Shown: positions 57,522-64,000 of the stretch, piece after piece
Numbering within the stretch: the stretch's first letter is position 1
How the letters are laid out: each line of letters starts with the position of its first letter
Source: Alphaproteobacteria bacterium
GTDB taxonomy: Bacteria > Pseudomonadota > Alphaproteobacteria > Bin95
Reading direction: 5' to 3'
DNA length: 64,000 nt
Assembly: GCA_964291285.2 (NCBI GenBank)
Contig: OZ219787.1
Location: forward strand, 224,001 to 288,000
The notes under the pieces: model-generated
What the model saw: only the letters and a program-made list of their open reading frames with translations
Databases searched by the model: none
Told to the model about the DNA's origin: nothing
Program-made: the position numbers and the translations under genes

Positions 57522-58463
57522 ATGGAGGCGCCGGAACCTTCGCGGCCGCCGCGCCCGGATCCGGATCGCCGCGCGATTCTCGCCCGCATGGACGGCGGCG
57601 AACGGCGCAGCCTCCTGCAACGCTCCGACCGCAAGGGCCTCGTCCGCCTTGCGGGCCATCTGGCGGCGCTCGGGCTCACCGGATCGCTCATCGCGCTGGA
57701 GGCGCCCGGCTGGCCGGTGCTGCTGCTGCCCCACGGCATCCTGCTGGCCTTCCTGTTCTGCCTTCTGCATGAGGCCGTGCACGGGACGCCGTTCCGCAGC
57801 GGCTGGCTGAACGGCGCGGCCGCCCGGGGCGTCGGGTTCGCGGTTTTCCTGCCGCCGGCGTGGTTCCGTAACTTCCACATGGCGCATCACCGCCACACGC
57901 ACGACCCGGCGCGCGATCCGGAACTGGCGCGGCCGCTGTCCCGGTCGAAAGCCGGCCTCGCCTGGCATATCGCAGGCGGCGCTTACTGGGCCCGGCAGGC
58001 GCGGATGCTGTTCGTCAATGCAGCGGGCCGGAACCGCGACGCCTTCGTTCCCCCGTCGGCGCGCAGTGCGGTGGCGCGCGAAGCCCGGCTGTTCCTGCTC
58101 CTCTACGCAGGCGCAGCGGCGCTCTCGGTCTGGCTCGGCACGACGGCCCTGCTGTGGCTATGGCTGCTGCCGCTCATGCTGGGACAGCCCTTCCTGCGCC
58201 TCTACCTGCTCACCGAGCATACCGGCTGCCCGCATGTGCCCGACATGCTGCGGAACACGCGCACGACCTTCACCAATCCGCTTGTGCGCTTCTTCGCGTG
58301 GAACATGCCCTACCATGTCGAGCACCATGTCCATCCGACGGTGCCGTTCCACAAGCTGCCGGCGTTCCACAAGATCCTGCGAGACGATCTGACCGTCACC
58401 GCGAACGGATACCCGGCCGCGGCGCGGGCCGCAGTCTCCGCCACTCTTGGCGGGAAGGCGTAA
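57522..58463 (+). CDS. fatty acid desaturase family protein
   Basis: His boxes HEAVH, HMAHHRH and HVEHH. Confidence 0.88.
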   Translation: MEAPEPSRPPRPDPDRRAILARMDGGERRSLLQRSDRKGLVRLAGHLAALGLTGSLIALEAPGWPVLLLPHGILLAFLFCLLHEAVHGTPFRSGWLNGAAARGVGFAVFLPPAWFRNFHMAHHRHTHDPARDPELARPLSRSKAGLAWHIAGGAYWARQARMLFVNAAGRNRDAFVPPSARSAVAREARLFLLLYAGAAALSVWLGTTALLWLWLLPLMLGQPFLRLYLLTEHTGCPHVPDMLRNTRTTFTNPLVRFFAWNMPYHVEHHVHPTVPFHKLPAFHKILRDDLTVTANGYPAAARAAVSATLGGKA

Positions 58464-58471
58464 CCCCGGCG

Positions 58472-58810
58472 TCAGGCCGTCATGCCGGGCGTTTCGACGC
58501 CGTGCTCGTTGAGGTAGCCCTGCAGCTCGCCCGCATCCCACATCTCGCGCACGATGTCGCAGCCGCCCACGAACTCGCCCTTCACATAGAGCTGCGGGAT
58601 GGTCGGCCAGCCGGTGAACTCCTTGATGCCCTGGCGGACGCCCATGTCCTCCAGCACGTTCACCGAATGGTATTTCACGCCCATATGGTTCAGCACGCCG
58701 GCGACCACCGAGGAGAAACCGCATTGCGGAAAGACGGGCGTGCCCTTCATGAACAGCACGACATCGTTGCCGTTGACGGTTTCCTGGATGCTTGTGATGG
58801 CGTCGCTCAT
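58472..58810 (-). CDS. grxD: monothiol glutaredoxin Grx4
   Basis: Motifs [12 protein letters not shown] and GGCD. Confidence 0.95.
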   Translation of the reverse strand: MSDAITSIQETVNGNDVVLFMKGTPVFPQCGFSSVVAGVLNHMGVKYHSVNVLEDMGVRQGIKEFTGWPTIPQLYVKGEFVGGCDIVREMWDAGELQGYLNEHGVETPGMTA

Positions 58811-58827
58811 CGGCGTTCTCCCGGTTC

Positions 58828-59067
58828 TCAAGACGTTTCTGGCGCGGCGGTGCGCAGCGCCAGGGCATGCAGTTCGCCCCCCATCCGGCCCTGCAATGCC
58901 CTGTAAACGATCTGGTGCTGCTGCACGCGGGACTTGCCCCGGAAAGCCTCCGACACGACACGGGCGGCGTAATGGTCGCCGTCGCCCGCGAGGTCCTCGA
59001 TCGCCACTTCCGCGTCGGGCAGCGCCTCGCGGATCAGGCGTTCGATTTCTTCCGCCTGCATGGGCAT
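58828..59067 (-). CDS. BolA family protein
   Basis: Motifs GDGDHY, SRVQQHQ and LHALAL. Confidence 0.93.
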   Translation of the reverse strand: MPMQAEEIERLIREALPDAEVAIEDLAGDGDHYAARVVSEAFRGKSRVQQHQIVYRALQGRMGGELHALALRTAAPETS

Positions 59068-59080
59068 TCGTCGCGTCCCC

Positions 59081-61244
<2,164 letters not shown>

Positions 61245-61248
<4 letters not shown>

Positions 61249-61898
61249 GCGGCGAGCGATTCGAACAGTGCGCGGCCGTCCATGCCGCCCAGCAGCGCGT
61301 CGGCGGCACGCTCGGGATGCGGCATCATGCCGAGCACATTGCGGCCTTCGCTCAGGATGCCGGCGATGTCGCCTGCGGAGCCGTTGGGGTTGTCGAGATA
61401 ACGGAAGGCGATGCGGTCCTCGCTCGCCAGCCGGTCGAGCGTGGGGGCGTCGGCGAAATAGTTGCCGTCATGATGCGCCACCGGCATTTGCAGCGCATCA
61501 CCCGGCCGATAGCCGGTCGTGAACGGGCTGTCGGCGGTCTCGACGCGGAGGCGCACCGGCCGGCAGACGAACCGCAGCCCCGCATTGCGCAAGAGCGCGC
61601 CCGGCAGCAGTCCGCATTCGGTCAGCACCTGGAAGCCGTTGCAGATGCCGAGCACCCGCACCCCCCGTTTCGCAGCCCGGACGACGGCCTGCATGACCGG
61701 CGAGCGCGAGGCCATGGCGCCCGGCCGGAGATAGTCGCCGTAGGAGAAGCCGCCCGGCAGCACAACAAGGTCCGCCGGCGGCAGGTCCGGGTCGCCGTGC
61801 CACACCATCGCCACGGGGCGCCCGGTCGCCGCTTCGAGCGCCACCTTCGCGTCCCGGTCGCAGTTCGACCCCGGAAAGACGACGACGACCGCCTTCAT
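61245..61898 (-). CDS. purQ: FGAM synthase subunit PurQ
   Basis: Motifs [16 protein letters not shown] and MMPHPER. Confidence 0.95.
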
Positions 61899-62134
61899 GC
61901 GATCTCGATCGTGTAGTCCTCGATGACCGGATTGGCGAGCAGGCGCTCGCACATGGCCGCGAGCGCGGCCTCGGCGGCGGCCGGATCGGTTTCTGCGAGC
62001 TCCAGCTCGATCACCTTGCCCTGGCGGGCCGCCGCCACGCCCTCGAAACCGAGCCCCGCCAGCGCCTGCGCGACCGCCTTGCCCTGCGGGTCGAGCACGC
62101 CGGCGCGGGGCATGACCAGCACCCGCGCCTTCAC
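61895..62134 (-). CDS. purS: FGAM synthase subunit PurS
   Basis: Motifs VLDPQG and LLANPVIE. Confidence 0.95.
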   Translation of the reverse strand: MKARVLVMPRAGVLDPQGKAVAQALAGLGFEGVAAARQGKVIELELAETDPAAAEAALAAMCERLLANPVIEDYTIEIA

Positions 62135-62889
62135 GCGCTCGCCTTCGGCAGGGGCTCTACATTGCTTTCCTGGAGGATGCCGAGGCGCCGCGCCACCTCC
62201 CGGTAGGCCTCCGCGACATCGCCCATGTCGCGGCGGAACCGGTCCTTGTCGAGCACCTCGTTGGTCTGCAGGTCCCAGAGGCGGCAGCTGTCGGGGCTGA
62301 TCTCGTCGGCCAGCACGATCCGCACGTCCTCATGGGTGTAGAGGCGTCCGAATTCCACCTTGAAATCGATCAGCCGAAGTCCGGCGCCGAGGAACAGCCC
62401 GCTCAGATAGTCGTTGACCCGGAGCGCAAGGTTGAAGATGTCGTCGAGGTCCTGCGGCGAGGCCCAGCCGAAGGCGGTGATGTGCTCTTCCGTCACCATC
62501 GGGTCGTCGAGTTCGTCGTTCTTGTAATAGTACTCGACGATGGACCGGGGCAGTGGCGTGCCTTCCTCGATCTTGAAGCGCGACGCCAGCGACCCGGCGG
62601 CGATGTTCCGCACGACCACCTCGACCGGAATGATCTCGACTTCGCGGATCAGCTGCTCGCGCATGTTCAGCCGGCGCACGAAATGGGTCGGGATGCCCAT
62701 CTCCTGCAGCCGGACCATCAGATATTCGGAAATCCGGTTGTTCAGCACCCCCTTGCCGGAGATCGTGGCTTTCTTGCGGTTGTTGAAGGCAGTGGCGTCG
62801 TCCTTGAAATACTGGACGAGCGTTCCGGGCTCGGGGCCTTCGTAGAGAACCTTGGCCTTGCCCTCGTAGATGCGTTTGCGTCTTGCCAT
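62131..62889 (-). CDS. purC: SAICAR synthetase
   Basis: Motifs [28 protein letters not shown] and DKDRFR. Confidence 0.96.
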   Translation of the reverse strand: MARRKRIYEGKAKVLYEGPEPGTLVQYFKDDATAFNNRKKATISGKGVLNNRISEYLMVRLQEMGIPTHFVRRLNMREQLIREVEIIPVEVVVRNIAAGSLASRFKIEEGTPLPRSIVEYYYKNDELDDPMVTEEHITAFGWASPQDLDDIFNLALRVNDYLSGLFLGAGLRLIDFKVEFGRLYTHEDVRIVLADEISPDSCRLWDLQTNEVLDKDRFRRDMGDVAEAYREVARRLGILQESNVEPLPKASA

Positions 62890-62980
62890 GGGTGTCCACC
62901 GAGTACCGCCCGACGGAGGACCGGCAAAGCGCCGGGCCCGCGAGCCGCCGAATCCGATATAGCAATACCGGCGCTTCTTC

Positions 62981-63730
62981 TCAATGAAGCTCTGTGTAAC
63001 CGCCGGTTTCGGGCCATGAGCGGGCGAAACGCCAGACGGGCCGGGCATCGGCGCGGGCCGGCAAAGCGAGCAGGGCGCGCGACACGGTGGCGAAGCCCCA
63101 ACCGGTGCGCACATGCATTGCGCCGTTCGGATCGGCGACGCCGGGCGCGGTTTCCTCCGACAGGAGCAGGCTTTCCCACTCGGCCCAGCCACCGGGCGCA
63201 TCCGGGTCCGGAGGCCGGGCGGCCTCGAACCGGGGCAGGTAATGGTCGATGCGCTCGGACGCGGCGCGGTCGTTCAGGTCCGAGGCGGTCAGCATGGAAA
63301 GGCCCGGCGAGACCGCATGCGCCGATACGCCGCGCCCGCCCGCATGGCGGATCCAGAAGGCGTCTTCGCGGTCCGCCACCAGCATGTTGAAGCTGCGATA
63401 GGCGCGCCCGTCCACTTCCGCCATGGCCGCCGCCGCGTCTTCCGCCGTGCCGTGGTCGAGCGCCTCCAGCACCAGCGCGCCGCGCGTGCGTTTGCCTTGG
63501 GCGGGGCCGAGCGAGCCGCGCCGGTTGAGGATGGCGGCCACGACGCCCGCCCCGTTCAGCCCCATCCAGCTGCCGCCCGCCTCCTCGTCGAAGCCGGCGA
63601 GCACGCCCGGCCGGTCGGGCCAGTGGCGGGCCGGCGGCCGCCAAGGGCGGTTCACCGCTTCGTCGCGATTCGCGGCGATGATCGCGGGCCAGGCATGGCC
63701 GGGCCTGCGGAGCAGGACGACAGTACACAT
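62981..63730 (-). CDS. NRDE/TANGO2 family protein
   Basis: MCT start with ANRDE and GGSW. Confidence 0.9.
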   Translation of the reverse strand: MCTVVLLRRPGHAWPAIIAANRDEAVNRPWRPPARHWPDRPGVLAGFDEEAGGSWMGLNGAGVVAAILNRRGSLGPAQGKRTRGALVLEALDHGTAEDAAAAMAEVDGRAYRSFNMLVADREDAFWIRHAGGRGVSAHAVSPGLSMLTASDLNDRAASERIDHYLPRFEAARPPDPDAPGGWAEWESLLLSEETAPGVADPNGAMHVRTGWGFATVSRALLALPARADARPVWRFARSWPETGGYTELH

Positions 63731-63812
63731 GGAAGCTATGCAAATCCGGAGCGGGACTGGCTATATATCGCCCGTAACCCGCCCGACCAAGCTAGCTAAG
63801 GGGACGACCCGC

Positions 63813-64000
63813 ATGGCGACCTTCGCAGATCGCGAAAAGCAGTTCGAGACCAAATACAGCCACGATGAGGAGCTGCGCTTCAAGGTGCAGGCCCGGCGCA
63901 ACCGGCTGTTCGGCGAGTGGGCGGGCGCGCAATGGGGGCTCGACGGCGAGGACCTGCAGGCCTACGCCCGCACGGTGGTCCAGTCGGATTTCGACCGTCC
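63813..64000 (+). CDS. F1Fo ATPase inhibitor zeta subunit (DUF1476), 3' end outside window
   Basis: MATFADREKQFETKYSHDEELRFKVQARRNRLFG. Confidence 0.88.
   Translation, partial: MATFADREKQFETKYSHDEELRFKVQARRNRLFGEWAGAQWGLDGEDLQAYARTVVQSDFDR

Noticed and set aside
57519-57524. Desaturase directly behind rpsD as a functional link
   Set aside because: Tight packing of unrelated genes is common across this window, and there is no further evidence.

Overview
This is a high-GC chromosomal window of an alphaproteobacterium, judged from the choXWV/betA, GcrA-like, zeta-subunit and purC-S-Q-L-bolA-grxD gene context. The backbone is core and catabolic: formate dehydrogenase, choline uptake and oxidation, cobA/cobB, two Rieske oxygenase clusters, rpsD and purine genes. 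Small accessory pieces are scattered through it: two vapBC pairs, one intact and one decayed higBA, a glycan-modification islet and a solo P-loop ATPase. The most unusual part is 25.7-35 kb, where both genes of an ABC/AAA-ATPase plus DUF4276-like operon (probable defence module) are each split by a different IS that carries extra genes. One is a 4049-bp IS21-family element with a structured leader, a Zn-finger ORF and a primase-like Toprim passenger with altered catalytic residues. The other is an 1816-bp IS701-like element with a small passenger gene. Both insertions hit the hexamer TCTCCG, and a 10-bp-phased GTCATG array lies next to them. A 132-bp MITE splits a NUDIX gene and purL has a 1-bp frameshift. 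I saw no rRNA, tRNA or CRISPR array. All family calls are from motif recognition by eye, not database searches.
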